Positions 37,448-47,708 are shown, counted from the stretch's first letter. The stretch: DNA of 64,000 nucleotides from Candidatus Omnitrophota bacterium (GCA_040753015.1 JBFMHM010000007.1:2076-66075), one strand, 5' to 3'. Notes: a model not told the origin generated them from the letters alone. Program-made: numbers and translations.

Positions 37448-39729
37448 ACTGGTTTATTTTTTAATGCCTGTAAAATTTTTTCTGGTGTTATTGGCAAACT
37501 AGTAATGCGCACTCCAACAGCATCATAGATTGCATTTGCTACTGCTGCAGATGTGGGCAAAAGTGCTGATTCGGCCATACCTTTCGCACCATACGGCCCT
37601 TCTTTATCATCAGTCTCAACAAATATAGAGTTAATTGGCGGCATATCGGTAGACCTGGGAACACGATAGCTAAAAAGTGTAGGGTTAATTCCGATGCCAT
37701 CTTTAAACTTTAAATCCTCCCAAAGCGTATAGCCAATACCTAAATAAAGGGATCCTTCAATTTGCCCTTCTACTGCTATTGGATTAATCGCCCGGCCTAT
37801 ATCATGCGCATCCGTAATATCTAAGATAGTGACCTTACCTGTTTCTTTATCTACATGCACACTAACAATCTGTGCCTCAAAACTGTAACCTGCCGAAACG
37901 TTTCCCTTACCTGTCCTTAAATCAACTGGCTTTGTTGGAGGATTATATACACCGCGCCCAATTATCATTTTTCCAAAATCAAATGAATAACACAGTTTGA
38001 CTGCATCTAAAAAACTCATTTGATTATATTCATTATCTCTATCAACAATTAATTCTTTTTTATGAACGATCCTCTCAATAGGTAAATTCCAATGTTTTGC
38101 CACAATTTCATCAATTTGTTTCCTGGCATCTTCTGCGGCGCGTTTTGTTGCATTGCCGCTAATAAAAGTAACGCGCGAAGCAAAACTTCCTGTATCGAAT
38201 GGCGTAGTTTCAGTATCCGCGGCGACGACGCGAATTCTTGATAAATCTATTCCTAAAACTTCTGCGGCGATAATCGCCATAGTTGTATTCGAACCTTGCC
38301 CAATATCTGCAGAGCCGGTAAAAATAATCACTGAACCATCTTCTTCTATTCTTATTACTGTTCCGGCGGACTCATGAGACTTGTACATTTTTGAACCCAT
38401 AACATCTGCGGCGATGGCTATACCAATTCCAAAACCTTCTTTATTCTTATCTTGTTTTAATTTTTTCCATTCAGTTTTTTCACAAGCAAGCTTAATACAA
38501 TCTTTTAGGCCATTCGAAGTAATTTCCATTCCATTAAAAGCTGTAAAATTTGGATCAGTTGCATTACGCATACGAAATTCCGCCCCGTCCATACCAATGC
38601 CACAAGCAAGCATATCCATTAAACTCTCAAAGGCAAAACCGGATTGCGCACCGCCAAAACCACGAATTGCACCTGAAATAGGATTATTTGTATAAACCCG
38701 GTAACCAAATATTTTAACGTTTTCTAGTTTATAAACCATACCGATACGCATAATAGCTGCAGCTACTACCGTAGGCCCATAACTACAATATGCCCCGCCA
38801 TCGGCGATAACTTCACCGCTTATTGCCTGGATTTTCCCATCGCGCGATGCCCCAGCTTTTAACTTAAAAATCATTGGATGTTTCCTGCGAGTATAAAGAA
38901 ACTCTTCTTCTCTAGATAGGCAAAATTTTACAGGCCGGCCGCTCTTTTTTGCAAGAAGGCAGGCGCAAAAATCAAGCGGAAGCATTTCTAGCTTTCCGCC
39001 AAAACCTCCCCCAACATGCGGCTTTATCACGCGGATATCTTTTTGATCCATCTTTAGAGTTTTTGCTAAATTCTCTCTTATACGAAATGGCGCCTGAGTT
39101 GAGGCCCAAAGAGTAATTTTTCCTTCTTCATATTTAGCTAATGCCACATGCGGCTCTAAGGACACATGCGCTTGGGATGGCAGCTTAAATTCTGCCTCAC
39201 AAATATAATCTGAATGAGCAAATCCTTTATCTACATCTCCTGCTAAAGCTGGAATCATTACAGCGACATTATTGCGTGAAGATTGAATTTTAGGTGCATC
39301 TGGTTTCATTGCTAGAATTGGATCAAATACTGCTGGCAATATTTCATATTCAACTTCAATCAGCTTGATTGCTTCCTCTGCAATTTCTTCGGTTTCAGCA
39401 CAAACTGCAGCTACCTCTTCTCCAATATAACGCACTTTGTCTGTGGCAAGGGGATACTGATCGTCGGTAAATGGAAAAAAATAAGAATTAGAGCCATATT
39501 TTATTTTATGAGTATCGTCTCTTGTGATAATTGCGTGTACGCCTTTTAGTTTAAGGGCTTTGGCTGTATTAATATTCTTTATAATTGCATGCGCATGCGC
39601 AGAACGTAAAAATTTACCAACAAGCATTCCAGGCAATTTCATATCAAAAGTATAAATTGCCTGTCCCCTTGATTTATCTTTTGCGTCTATATATGGAACA
39701 CTTTTACCTACTGACAAAAATTCATTCAT
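37444..39729 (-). CDS. xanthine dehydrogenase family molybdopterin-binding subunit
   Basis: VRYIGE, STQAP, GGGFGGK, RGFG, DIGQG, ASR, EGQIEG, GAKGMAE. Confidence 0.93.
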   Translation of the reverse strand: MNEFLSVGKSVPYIDAKDKSRGQAIYTFDMKLPGMLVGKFLRSAHAHAIIKNINTAKALKLKGVHAIITRDDTHKIKYGSNSYFFPFTDDQYPLATDKVRYIGEEVAAVCAETEEIAEEAIKLIEVEYEILPAVFDPILAMKPDAPKIQSSRNNVAVMIPALAGDVDKGFAHSDYICEAEFKLPSQAHVSLEPHVALAKYEEGKITLWASTQAPFRIRENLAKTLKMDQKDIRVIKPHVGGGFGGKLEMLPLDFCACLLAKKSGRPVKFCLSREEEFLYTRRKHPMIFKLKAGASRDGKIQAISGEVIADGGAYCSYGPTVVAAAIMRIGMVYKLENVKIFGYRVYTNNPISGAIRGFGGAQSGFAFESLMDMLACGIGMDGAEFRMRNATDPNFTAFNGMEITSNGLKDCIKLACEKTEWKKLKQDKNKEGFGIGIAIAADVMGSKMYKSHESAGTVIRIEEDGSVIIFTGSADIGQGSNTTMAIIAAEVLGIDLSRIRVVAADTETTPFDTGSFASRVTFISGNATKRAAEDARKQIDEIVAKHWNLPIERIVHKKELIVDRDNEYNQMSFLDAVKLCYSFDFGKMIIGRGVYNPPTKPVDLRTGKGNVSAGYSFEAQIVSVHVDKETGKVTILDITDAHDIGRAINPIAVEGQIEGSLYLGIGYTLWEDLKFKDGIGINPTLFSYRVPRSTDMPPINSIFVETDDKEGPYGAKGMAESALLPTSAAVANAIYDAVGVRITSLPITPEKILQALKNKPV

Positions 39730-40198
39730 TTAAAATTCTTAGTTTTTCTGCTGCATCTTTTACGGCTTCAATAATTTTTACATACCCGGTACAGCGACAA
39801 ATATTTCCGGTTAAGCCTTGTTTTATTTCTTCCTCTGTTGGATTTGGGTTTGTATCTAGTAAATATTTTGTCGAAAGGATCATCCCCGGGGTACAAAATC
39901 CGCATTGGATTGCACCTTTATTTACAAATGCCTCCTGTATTGGATGTAAAGAATTATCTGATTCGGCTAAACCTTCGATAGTCAAAATTTCTGCGCCATC
40001 ACAATCACAAGCTAGAGTTAAACAAGAAAGTATAGACTTACCATTCATGATTACTGTACAACTACCACATTCGCCAGAATTACAGGCATTTTTAGTGCCG
40101 GTTAATAGAAGCCTATCCCGTAATAATTCAACAAGAAGTAGATTTGGCTCAACCTCTAATTCATAATTTTTAGAATTAACTTTTATTTTTATATTCAT
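39722..40198 (-). CDS. XDH family 2x[2Fe-2S] subunit
   Basis: C..GECGSCTV, QCGFCTPG, GNICRCTGY. Confidence 0.95.
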   Translation of the reverse strand: MNIKIKVNSKNYELEVEPNLLLVELLRDRLLLTGTKNACNSGECGSCTVIMNGKSILSCLTLACDCDGAEILTIEGLAESDNSLHPIQEAFVNKGAIQCGFCTPGMILSTKYLLDTNPNPTEEEIKQGLTGNICRCTGYVKIIEAVKDAAEKLRILNE

Positions 40199-40967
40199 TT
40201 AATAAGCGCCTAAAATTTACTGAAATAATCCTACGCCTCAATTCGTCTTTCTGTAAAAGATTAAGTTCGTCATTAAATACTACTTCTATATTGCTCTCAC
40301 CATCCTGTAATGCTTTTTCAGTCTTAGGGAATCTCTGTGGGAGAGCGTTACCTAAATTACAACTAACCCTATAATCTTTATCAGCCTTAATAATACACAC
40401 CGAGGCCAATGGAATATCAGTGCTATTTGAACGAGGAATCCTTATAAAAAAGTATTTTGTTATATTTATTCTAGGAATGTTAATATATTTAAGCAAAAAC
40501 TGGGTAAAATCTTTTCTCTGTAATAAATAATCTTTTATAGAAATATTTTTTTCTGTGAATCGTAACTCTGCATCTAACGCAAGCAATAAAAATACCAAAT
40601 CCGCCCAAGGGAGACCACAGGTTATATTGCCCCCAATACTTGCCATATTACGAATTTGCGGCGTAGCTATTTCGGGAATAAATTTATTTAATACTGGGAT
40701 ATAGTTTTTAATTAAATTACTGCGCTTAATATCGTCTAAAGTTGCTGTTGAGCCTATTGAAATAAAATCATCTGTTTTTTCTATATTTTTTAGGCTTGTA
40801 ATATTCTTTAGGCCGATAATGTTTTTAGGAAAGATTTCTTGATTTTTTAAGAATGGCAAAATAAAAGTTCCGCCAGAAATAATGCGGCAATTTTCTTTTG
40901 AAGATAATAACCTTTGCGCCTCTTCTATAGTTTCCGGGCGATAATAATTAAAATTTTTAAAAATCAT
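40176..40967 (-). CDS. XDH family FAD-binding subunit
   Basis: ISGGT, IATPQIRNMASIGGN, D. Confidence 0.9.
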   Translation of the reverse strand: MIFKNFNYYRPETIEEAQRLLSSKENCRIISGGTFILPFLKNQEIFPKNIIGLKNITSLKNIEKTDDFISIGSTATLDDIKRSNLIKNYIPVLNKFIPEIATPQIRNMASIGGNITCGLPWADLVFLLLALDAELRFTEKNISIKDYLLQRKDFTQFLLKYINIPRINITKYFFIRIPRSNSTDIPLASVCIIKADKDYRVSCNLGNALPQRFPKTEKALQDGESNIEVVFNDELNLLQKDELRRRIISVNFRRLLNEYKNKS

Positions 40968-41151
40968 TAATGAAAAAAATGTCTTTCATGTTCGCCTAAA
41001 ATCTCCCTTACGGCTAACACTTTTTGTATTAACTAGTATTTCTTTTCTATTAAACATCGGCAACATAAAGGATTTGATTGCTAGCACTATATCGTAATTT
41101 ATTAGTATCGCAAATTCAATTTTAATTTTCCCACACAACACATACTTCTCC

Positions 41152-41180
41152 TTGACAACTTCTACCATATAATGTATACT
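41152..41180 (+). promoter_or_regulatory. near-consensus sigma70 promoter with no downstream ORF
   Basis: TTGACA (41152-41157)-17bp-TATACT (41175-41180). Confidence 0.7.
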
Positions 41181-41186
41181 TTATAT

Positions 41187-41257
41187 GGTAAGTAAATCCT
41201 CGTTCGTGGGGTTCCGCAGGGTTCCTCGTAAATAGCGAATGAGGTTTTACCATTTTT
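41187..41257 (+). ncRNA. candidate DUF3800-associated structured RNA
   Basis: Starts at the predicted +1; GGUAA/UUACC and CCUCGUUCG/CGAAUGAGG stems, ends in a U run; convergent with the DUF3800 gene. Confidence 0.6.
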
Positions 41258-41891
41258 AGGGGAATAAAGGGTTCTCCTCTATTAATTTATGTTTAATCAT
41301 GTTGTAATAACTATCATCCCCATATTCCAACTTACGAAATATTGCCCAACTAACAAAATCAACCGCTTGTAAGCTTTTCTCTTCTGCTGGATTTTTTATC
41401 TCTATATTCAATTTTAATTTGTGAGTATTACCAATTTGATTTTTTAAATAAGAACTAAAATTTTCATTTAAGAATTTATTAGTTTCACGTTTAGATGCAA
41501 TTAAATGAATTGTTTCATTAAGTGGTATCAATTTTTTTGTAATTATTCTATCTAAAAGAATATTTGTTACATAATTATAGAGAACAGATTTTTCGTTTTG
41601 TAATTTTATATAAACTCGTTTCTTATTTAAATAAATTGTCATTAAATCACAATCTTTTGATGCGATTTTCTTTAATAATCGCTGTCGCGTAATAGGTTCT
41701 TCTTCTGTAGCATGTAAAACACTATTAACATTCTTATGCTTATTTCTTAAAATACGATGTGCCAATCTGACACACTTTTCTATCTGACGCTTATTTCTTG
41801 TAAATAAAAAAGTAATTACGAAGAATTTTGTAGTTTTTTTCTTAGAAAAATCAAAACCTAAATCGCCTGATTCATCTAAATAAATATACAT
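41256..41891 (-). CDS. DUF3800 domain protein
   Basis: MYIYLDESGDLG N-terminus, LQAVDFVSWAIF C-terminus. Confidence 0.85.
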   Translation of the reverse strand: MYIYLDESGDLGFDFSKKKTTKFFVITFLFTRNKRQIEKCVRLAHRILRNKHKNVNSVLHATEEEPITRQRLLKKIASKDCDLMTIYLNKKRVYIKLQNEKSVLYNYVTNILLDRIITKKLIPLNETIHLIASKRETNKFLNENFSSYLKNQIGNTHKLKLNIEIKNPAEEKSLQAVDFVSWAIFRKLEYGDDSYYNMIKHKLIEENPLFP

Positions 41892-43336
41892 TAAATAAAA
41901 GGTATACCTTTAGTAAAACACTCTTCCACTTTAGGCACAACTTCCATATAACTTCTGCAGCAGGCGCCAACAAGAGGGCTTGTATAACCATAAAGCATAC
42001 GATGCACTCGTTCTGGCTTTGAATAAAATTCTCTATTCATCCATCCGGCAAACCGGTTTAGGTCATCTCTGGATAGATATTTTGTGGGCATAACTGCATG
42101 GGCCATATCATAAAACCTGAAATCTTTTATTTCTCTACGTGGACTATTTTTCATTTCTTCCCAAAATTCTGTACCCGGATACGGAACTAAAATCTGCACG
42201 GTCATAAGATCAGGGTCTAACCAATCAAGAGTTTCAGCACGTTTTTTTATTGTTGTTTCATCGTCTTCCCAAAAACCAATCATTACGGTGCCACAGGTAG
42301 AAATATCATTTTCACGAAGCTTAGTAATTGCCTCTTTTATTTGAGCAAGAGTTATATTTTTGCCCATCGCCTTAAGTTTTTCGTCGGTTTCTGCCTCAAT
42401 GCCGATTAAGGTAAGAATACAGCCCGACTGCCTCATTTTTTTATAAAGATGGGTTTGTTCAACAAATTTATCAGCACGCCCCAAAAACATCCAAGAAAAT
42501 TCGAGCTTTCTTTTCAAAATTTCATCACAAAATTCTTCGATACGCTCGGTTTGGCTGTTAAAATCATCGTCTTGAATCTCAAACATCTGAGTACCATATT
42601 TCTTTACTAAAAGCTCTGCCTGATCTGCAATGCGTTTACCGGATAAGCCGCGCCAACGGCCAACATTTTCTTTACGACGGCCGTCATACTGATTCCATTG
42701 AAAACAAAAATAACATCTACCAGCACAACCACGGCTAGTTACAATTCTTACCGCCTTCGGCCAATAAGTATATGAATAATATTTATCTAACGGAAATAAA
42801 TGATATGCCGGTAAGGGCAGGCTGTCTAAATCATCAATAATCGCCCTTGGCCCATTCAATATAACGTTATCTTTTTCTCTAAAACAAAGCCCGTCGATAA
42901 CTCGAAAATTAGCGTTGGGCTTTGCAAGTTCTTGAGTTAATTCTAAAAGAGTATTCTCTCCTTCGCCAATTACTGCAAAATCAATCTCTGGACATTCTCC
43001 TAGGGACTCCTTGCTTAAGGCGTTAAAATGCATTCCACCGCAGACAATTTTTACATTTGGCATAGCTTTCTTGATTTTTCTTGCCGCATCATATATACAA
43101 TGCACCCAAGTTGTTCCGCAACCCATGCCGATTAAATCAGGATTTCTTTTTTTAAGCTCTTCAATCATTTGATCATGGTTTAAATCAAATGCCGGACAAT
43201 CTAATACATCAACTTCGACATCCGTGGTTTTCTCTAACAAGTATGCGGCTAATTGTGCAAAACCCGGATAAATAGATCTCATTTTACCAAAATATACCCA
43301 CATGCCCATCGGCGGAGTTAAAAATGTAATTTTCAT
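41891..43336 (-). CDS. cobalamin-dependent radical SAM enzyme
   Basis: B12-binding N-domain (GGMH...IGEGE), TSRGCAGRCYFC. Confidence 0.92.
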   Translation of the reverse strand: MKITFLTPPMGMWVYFGKMRSIYPGFAQLAAYLLEKTTDVEVDVLDCPAFDLNHDQMIEELKKRNPDLIGMGCGTTWVHCIYDAARKIKKAMPNVKIVCGGMHFNALSKESLGECPEIDFAVIGEGENTLLELTQELAKPNANFRVIDGLCFREKDNVILNGPRAIIDDLDSLPLPAYHLFPLDKYYSYTYWPKAVRIVTSRGCAGRCYFCFQWNQYDGRRKENVGRWRGLSGKRIADQAELLVKKYGTQMFEIQDDDFNSQTERIEEFCDEILKRKLEFSWMFLGRADKFVEQTHLYKKMRQSGCILTLIGIEAETDEKLKAMGKNITLAQIKEAITKLRENDISTCGTVMIGFWEDDETTIKKRAETLDWLDPDLMTVQILVPYPGTEFWEEMKNSPRREIKDFRFYDMAHAVMPTKYLSRDDLNRFAGWMNREFYSKPERVHRMLYGYTSPLVGACCRSYMEVVPKVEECFTKGIPFI

Positions 43337-44232
43337 TAATTAATTATCCTCTTAAAATTATCTCTCAATATAGAATCGCTAAAATTAAGATTTTTAACTA
43401 AGCTTATCGATTCAATAGCATCTTTATTGGCTGGCCAATCACTTCCCCAAAGAATATTATCTTTACTGAATACTTCAATTGCACAATTTATTACATTTAT
43501 AGAAGAAACTCCACTTGTATCAACATAAAATTTCTTTAAGATACTCGTTGGTACTTGCCCTAAATCTTTTACTACATTTATTCCTCTTAACATTGAATAT
43601 GTTGTATCAAAACGTTTTGCCAAAAATGGGATAACACCTGCAAAATGGGCAAAAACAAATTTTAAATTCGGAAATTTATTGCCAATACCCGCCATAATTA
43701 ATTTTCCCATGCACGCACTCAAATCAAAAAGATATTGCATGACAGGAGTCAACAATGGATCAAAGAATCTTTCGCTACCCAGCGGCATCTGTGTCTGCGA
43801 ATGCACAAAAATAGGGATATTATTCTGGCTTAAAAATTCATACAACTCAAAATAAAATTCATCATCTAGATACCTACTTTTATAGCTGGAAGATATTGAT
43901 AATACCTTTAGCCCTAATTCGTGAACTGCACGTTTTGTTTCTTCCAATAGAGAATGCCTGCTTGTCTGTGGAAGAATAAAAGCAGGAACCAGCTTATCCT
44001 TATATTTTTCTAAATCACAACTAAGCTCATCATTATAAATTTTTGCTTCGTTAACATCGCCTAATTTTTTGGCCGCATCTGTAGTAGGATACAAAATTAA
44101 ACTTTTTTTAATTTCATTCTTATCCATAAAATCAATTAATTTACCTAGATCTGACCAAACCGGCGGATAGAATGAAACATTTTCTCTAAATTTTACAGGC
44201 AGATAATGGCTATGTGAATCAAAAATTTGCAT
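43336..44232 (-). CDS. amidohydrolase family protein (aromatic acid decarboxylase-like)
   Basis: DSHSH, IFVH, FAHFAG, WGSDWP. Confidence 0.85.
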   Translation of the reverse strand: MQIFDSHSHYLPVKFRENVSFYPPVWSDLGKLIDFMDKNEIKKSLILYPTTDAAKKLGDVNEAKIYNDELSCDLEKYKDKLVPAFILPQTSRHSLLEETKRAVHELGLKVLSISSSYKSRYLDDEFYFELYEFLSQNNIPIFVHSQTQMPLGSERFFDPLLTPVMQYLFDLSACMGKLIMAGIGNKFPNLKFVFAHFAGVIPFLAKRFDTTYSMLRGINVVKDLGQVPTSILKKFYVDTSGVSSINVINCAIEVFSKDNILWGSDWPANKDAIESISLVKNLNFSDSILRDNFKRIIN

Positions 44233-44427
44233 TTATTTCTTAAATTTATCCCAAATATATAAAATAAATTTTCCTAAAAGCCATATTGCAAATATTATAA
44301 AAATAAAACCGATAATAAATTGCAGAAAAAAACTACCGATTAATAAGAATGGATATAGGACGATTCCGATTCCCAATAAAATTAATACAGCAAATAAGAA
44401 TAATAAACCTACTAAAAATGCTTTCAT
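44233..44427 (-). CDS. small hydrophobic membrane protein
   Basis: Two TM helices, SD GGAGG. Confidence 0.65.
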   Translation of the reverse strand: MKAFLVGLLFLFAVLILLGIGIVLYPFLLIGSFFLQFIIGFIFIIFAIWLLGKFILYIWDKFKK

Positions 44428-44444
44428 ATCCCTCCTAATTATTG

Positions 44445-44900
44445 TTAAACTTTAATTTTTTGTGCCTGGGCCTCTTTTTCAATAATACCTTTTATTATCT
44501 TTAGATTATCCTGGGAATGCTTATTTATAAAGCCTTCCACGGTTTTATCATCAAACTTAGTTTTTTCATCCATTTCAAAATGCTGAATCCAGGTCATTTC
44601 TACTCCGTCAACTCTTTGCGTATAAAGCCAAATAATCTTCATAAATTTAAAAGGGAATTTTGGTTCTTGCCGTTCTGCATAAGTAAAGAATTTATCCTTA
44701 AATAATAATCTCCATGATTGCCAGCTTTTACTTTCATCATCAGTAAGACGAAATATAATTTTATTATCTTCCCTTTTAAGAATTTCTGCTTTTTTATATT
44801 CTCCACCAAAAAGCTCAGTCCAACGCGGAATATCATTTGTAATATCAAATACCATCTCATACGATGCATTGATTATAATTGAGTTACTTGTGTGTCCCAT
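44445..44900 (-). CDS. SRPBCC polyketide aromatase/cyclase (TcmN/WhiE-ORFVI-like)
   Basis: MGHTSNSIII.A....F..TNDI..W..LF..EY, F.L, W.S.R, PF..M.I.W.Y, M.W.Q.F. Confidence 0.88.
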   Translation of the reverse strand: MGHTSNSIIINASYEMVFDITNDIPRWTELFGGEYKKAEILKREDNKIIFRLTDDESKSWQSWRLLFKDKFFTYAERQEPKFPFKFMKIIWLYTQRVDGVEMTWIQHFEMDEKTKFDDKTVEGFINKHSQDNLKIIKGIIEKEAQAQKIKV

Positions 44901-44971
44901 AATCTATCTCCTTTATATGATATCAACTGCCTAAATTCAACTTACCTCTATATTTTTCATTCTATAGAACT

Positions 44972-45334
44972 TTACTCACAAGTGAAACACACCGTTGTTT
45001 CAAAATCTTTTGAAGTTCTTGACGAACCAATAGCGCGCGCTGCATCATGTTGATCTAATGACCATGCGGCCTTACGTGCAGTATTGATAATTTTACTAGT
45101 ATCCTCATTACCAATACCTTTATATTCTGTAATTTCATTCACAACAACAACTTCCTTATTTATTTTCGCACAATGCACGTTTGCTTTCTTTAAGGCCGCC
45201 TCGCGTGAAAAAACTTTATCGCTACTATAACCTACTACCTTATATTCTCCGCTAGTTGTTTTAACTATTGAAGATGTGGAGGCACACCCTGCCAAAAAAC
45301 TAATTAAGAGTAGCAGTAAAATAATCCTCTCCAT
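44972..45334 (-). CDS. hypothetical lipoprotein
   Basis: Lipobox LAGC, A...C motif, terminal FTCE. Confidence 0.75.
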   Translation of the reverse strand: MERIILLLLLISFLAGCASTSSIVKTTSGEYKVVGYSSDKVFSREAALKKANVHCAKINKEVVVVNEITEYKGIGNEDTSKIINTARKAAWSLDQHDAARAIGSSRTSKDFETTVCFTCE

Positions 45335-45347
45335 GTCTTTCTCCTTT

Positions 45348-46670
45348 TTAATTTATCACCCAATACCCGCCCTTATCTGGGCCAATACGTTTAATAATTC
45401 CCTCTTTCTTCATCTTCGCAATATGCCATTCTATTCCCTTAAGTGTAAGACAAGAACTTTTTGCAAGAACAGATATTGTTATTGCCGAATTTTCTTTAAT
45501 TAGGCGCAATATTTTCTCCCTAGTTTTCTCCCTAGTTTTCTCCCTAGTTTTATCTAAACCTTCTACAGTCTTTGCTTTTAAAAAACATACGCACAAGCCA
45601 CCTGTTATTTCTGAGAATTCAGGTTCAGGAAGTTTTGCTTGTCGGCATTTTTCTACAATCTTTATTGTACCCCTACCCCATGATTCGATAAATCCAGCTT
45701 TAAAAAATACATCGGCTAAAAGCTCATTACGCGGGCAAGATAAGTGAGGCTTTTTTAACTTATCACAAGTAATTTCGCGAGGAAGTTTACCAATATTCCA
45801 TAACCATAATTTATTATCATAGACTCGTATTTGCGTATGAGGACCTGTATAATCACGGTGTATAACTGCATTAATTATTGCCTCGCGTAAAGCATCTTCA
45901 GGATAGATAAGATCTTCTTTTCGATATATGCCTTCATAATAAAATCTATTTTCTAAATATTTTACTTTTAGAATCTCTAGCGTCTTTTCAACTTGTTCAA
46001 AAATATTTCCTTCGATGATATCAGTACTAATAACTTCGCTTTCCGATGCAAATCGTCCAATTTGAATAAATGCTGAAGTAAAGTATTTTTTAGGATTTTT
46101 ACCAAAAAGAAGAATAGCTGCGCGTTTTAATTTTCCTTTTTCCATAAGATTTAGTTTTTCTAAAATAAGTTTAACGTTTTTTTCACGATATATAAACGGA
46201 AATCTTGTTTTAGCTAATTGCTGAAAATACCTGATAGCTTTAATACTAATATCTTTGGATGAAGCCCTTGGCTCAATTATATTATCCCAAGATGTACCAG
46301 CACAAGAAAGAATAAAATGAGATAATTCTATTCCTTTCAATTCAGAAGTTGTGCTGCCAGAACGAATATAAAAGTTACCTTTATAAGAAATTGCGGCTTT
46401 GTATTTTTTAACAATTATTTTTATAATCGGACCATGTGTTTTTTTAATATCTTTTATATCGACAACAATGCCTAAAATATCTCTTATTTTATTTGGAATA
46501 TACTCTAAAAGTTTGTTTACATCTCTTAAGCCAACAACTCTACCTTCGTCATTAATACCTATATACAATATGCCACCACTTGTATTTGCAAATGCGCATA
46601 TTGTTTTAAGCGCTTCATCACTCCACTGTTCTTTAAATTCTATATTTTGATTTTCGTTTTTATAAATCAT
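45348..46670 (-). CDS. AlbA_2 (Schlafen-like) + HATPase_c_4 + HTH protein
   Basis: ENQNIEFK, AFANTSGG, ALREAIINAVIHRDY, IESWGRG, RIGPDKGGYW. Confidence 0.88.
   Translation of the reverse strand: MIYKNENQNIEFKEQWSDEALKTICAFANTSGGILYIGINDEGRVVGLRDVNKLLEYIPNKIRDILGIVVDIKDIKKTHGPIIKIIVKKYKAAISYKGNFYIRSGSTTSELKGIELSHFILSCAGTSWDNIIEPRASSKDISIKAIRYFQQLAKTRFPFIYREKNVKLILEKLNLMEKGKLKRAAILLFGKNPKKYFTSAFIQIGRFASESEVISTDIIEGNIFEQVEKTLEILKVKYLENRFYYEGIYRKEDLIYPEDALREAIINAVIHRDYTGPHTQIRVYDNKLWLWNIGKLPREITCDKLKKPHLSCPRNELLADVFFKAGFIESWGRGTIKIVEKCRQAKLPEPEFSEITGGLCVCFLKAKTVEGLDKTREKTREKTREKILRLIKENSAITISVLAKSSCLTLKGIEWHIAKMKKEGIIKRIGPDKGGYWVIN
45512..45551. repeat. 12-bp tandem repeat x3 (TREK)
   Basis: ttttctccctag x3 in the linker before the HTH. 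Confidence 0.9.
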
Positions 46671-47461
46671 ACAATTCCTACCGCCCTAATCCAACTTGCA
46701 CCAACATCCTTAATCTTTATCGGAAAGCAAATAAATTTAAAGCCGCTTGCTGGCAATTTATCTAAATTAGCCAAACGTTCGATATGTGCATACTCACGCT
46801 TGCGGCCATAAAAATGCGCTGGCCAAAGATATTTACTATCACGTGTACGCATAAAATCCGCCATCATAAATTTATAAGGCCGGTCAAAGCCTAGCGTGTC
46901 AATACCAATAATATTTACGCCAAAATTTAAAATATATTCAATTGCATCTACGCTAACACCGGGATAATTTGTTAAATAATCACGGGTTCCAAAAAATTTA
47001 TCTGCACCAGTGCGTAATAAAACAACATCGTTTTTCTTAATCTGATAATTTATTTTTTTTAAAGCATTTTCTATATCCGCTTTTAAAATAAGCTCCCCGG
47101 GTAATTTGCTAGTTAAATCTAAAACAACCCCGTCTGAAAAACACCATTCTAAAGGAATAGCTTCAGCAGTTTTTGAAGCGCGATTTTCTGACTTTGTTCC
47201 ATAGTGAAAAGAAAAATCAATATGTGTGCCAATATGTACCGGGCAATGCACAGTTTCGAGTGATAAAAACTCCTCATCTGGCAAATCCGTAGGTTTAATA
47301 ATGCGTTTACCCAGAAAAAAATCTATTTTCCCTTTTAATGTGCCCTTCATCATTACCCAATTTAAATGCTGGACACCTTCTTTATGTCCAAGCCTCTCTA
47401 TACTAAAAGGATGGACCTCTGGCGCTCTCTCGTCTATAGGTAAACTTAAATCGATTATCAT
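46667..47461 (-). CDS. cyclase family protein (kynurenine formamidase-like polyketide cyclase)
   Basis: HIGTHID..FHYG, PLEW, LLRTG, GIDT.GFD, LWPAH, HIERL.NL; adjacent to ACP. Confidence 0.88.
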   Translation of the reverse strand: MIIDLSLPIDERAPEVHPFSIERLGHKEGVQHLNWVMMKGTLKGKIDFFLGKRIIKPTDLPDEEFLSLETVHCPVHIGTHIDFSFHYGTKSENRASKTAEAIPLEWCFSDGVVLDLTSKLPGELILKADIENALKKINYQIKKNDVVLLRTGADKFFGTRDYLTNYPGVSVDAIEYILNFGVNIIGIDTLGFDRPYKFMMADFMRTRDSKYLWPAHFYGRKREYAHIERLANLDKLPASGFKFICFPIKIKDVGASWIRAVGIV

Positions 47462-47694
47462 ACAATTTTTTTAGAATCTATTATTTTTGCTAAATCACTG
47501 ACTGTTGCAGAACGGGGAATTTCGCGTGCAGTTAATTTTACATTAAATTTTTTCTCTAGAGCAATCGCAAGCTCAACCATTTCTGTTGAGTCCATAGAAA
47601 CATCTTCGTAAAGACGCGAATCTAAATTAATTTCATTTGGTTTTAGCTTTAATAAGTTTATTATAATTCCTCTAATTTCTTCAGCTACTGACAT
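47458..47694 (-). CDS. acyl carrier protein
   Basis: 78 aa, MDS phosphopantetheine site, LEKKF, TV.DL. Confidence 0.9.
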   Translation of the reverse strand: MSVAEEIRGIIINLLKLKPNEINLDSRLYEDVSMDSTEMVELAIALEKKFNVKLTAREIPRSATVSDLAKIIDSKKIV

Positions 47695-47708
47695 ATTGCT
47701 CCTTTCTT

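Noticed and set aside
39585-40166. 193-aa plus-strand ORF and other short antisense ORFs
   Set aside because: Shadows of well-supported minus-strand genes.
40986-41168. 60-aa minus-strand ORF
   Set aside because: No recognisable motif; it overlaps the plus-strand promoter and is probably spurious.
45512-45551. TREK tandem repeat as a phase-variation switch
   Set aside because: The 12-bp unit keeps frame; such linker repeats are common in this protein family.
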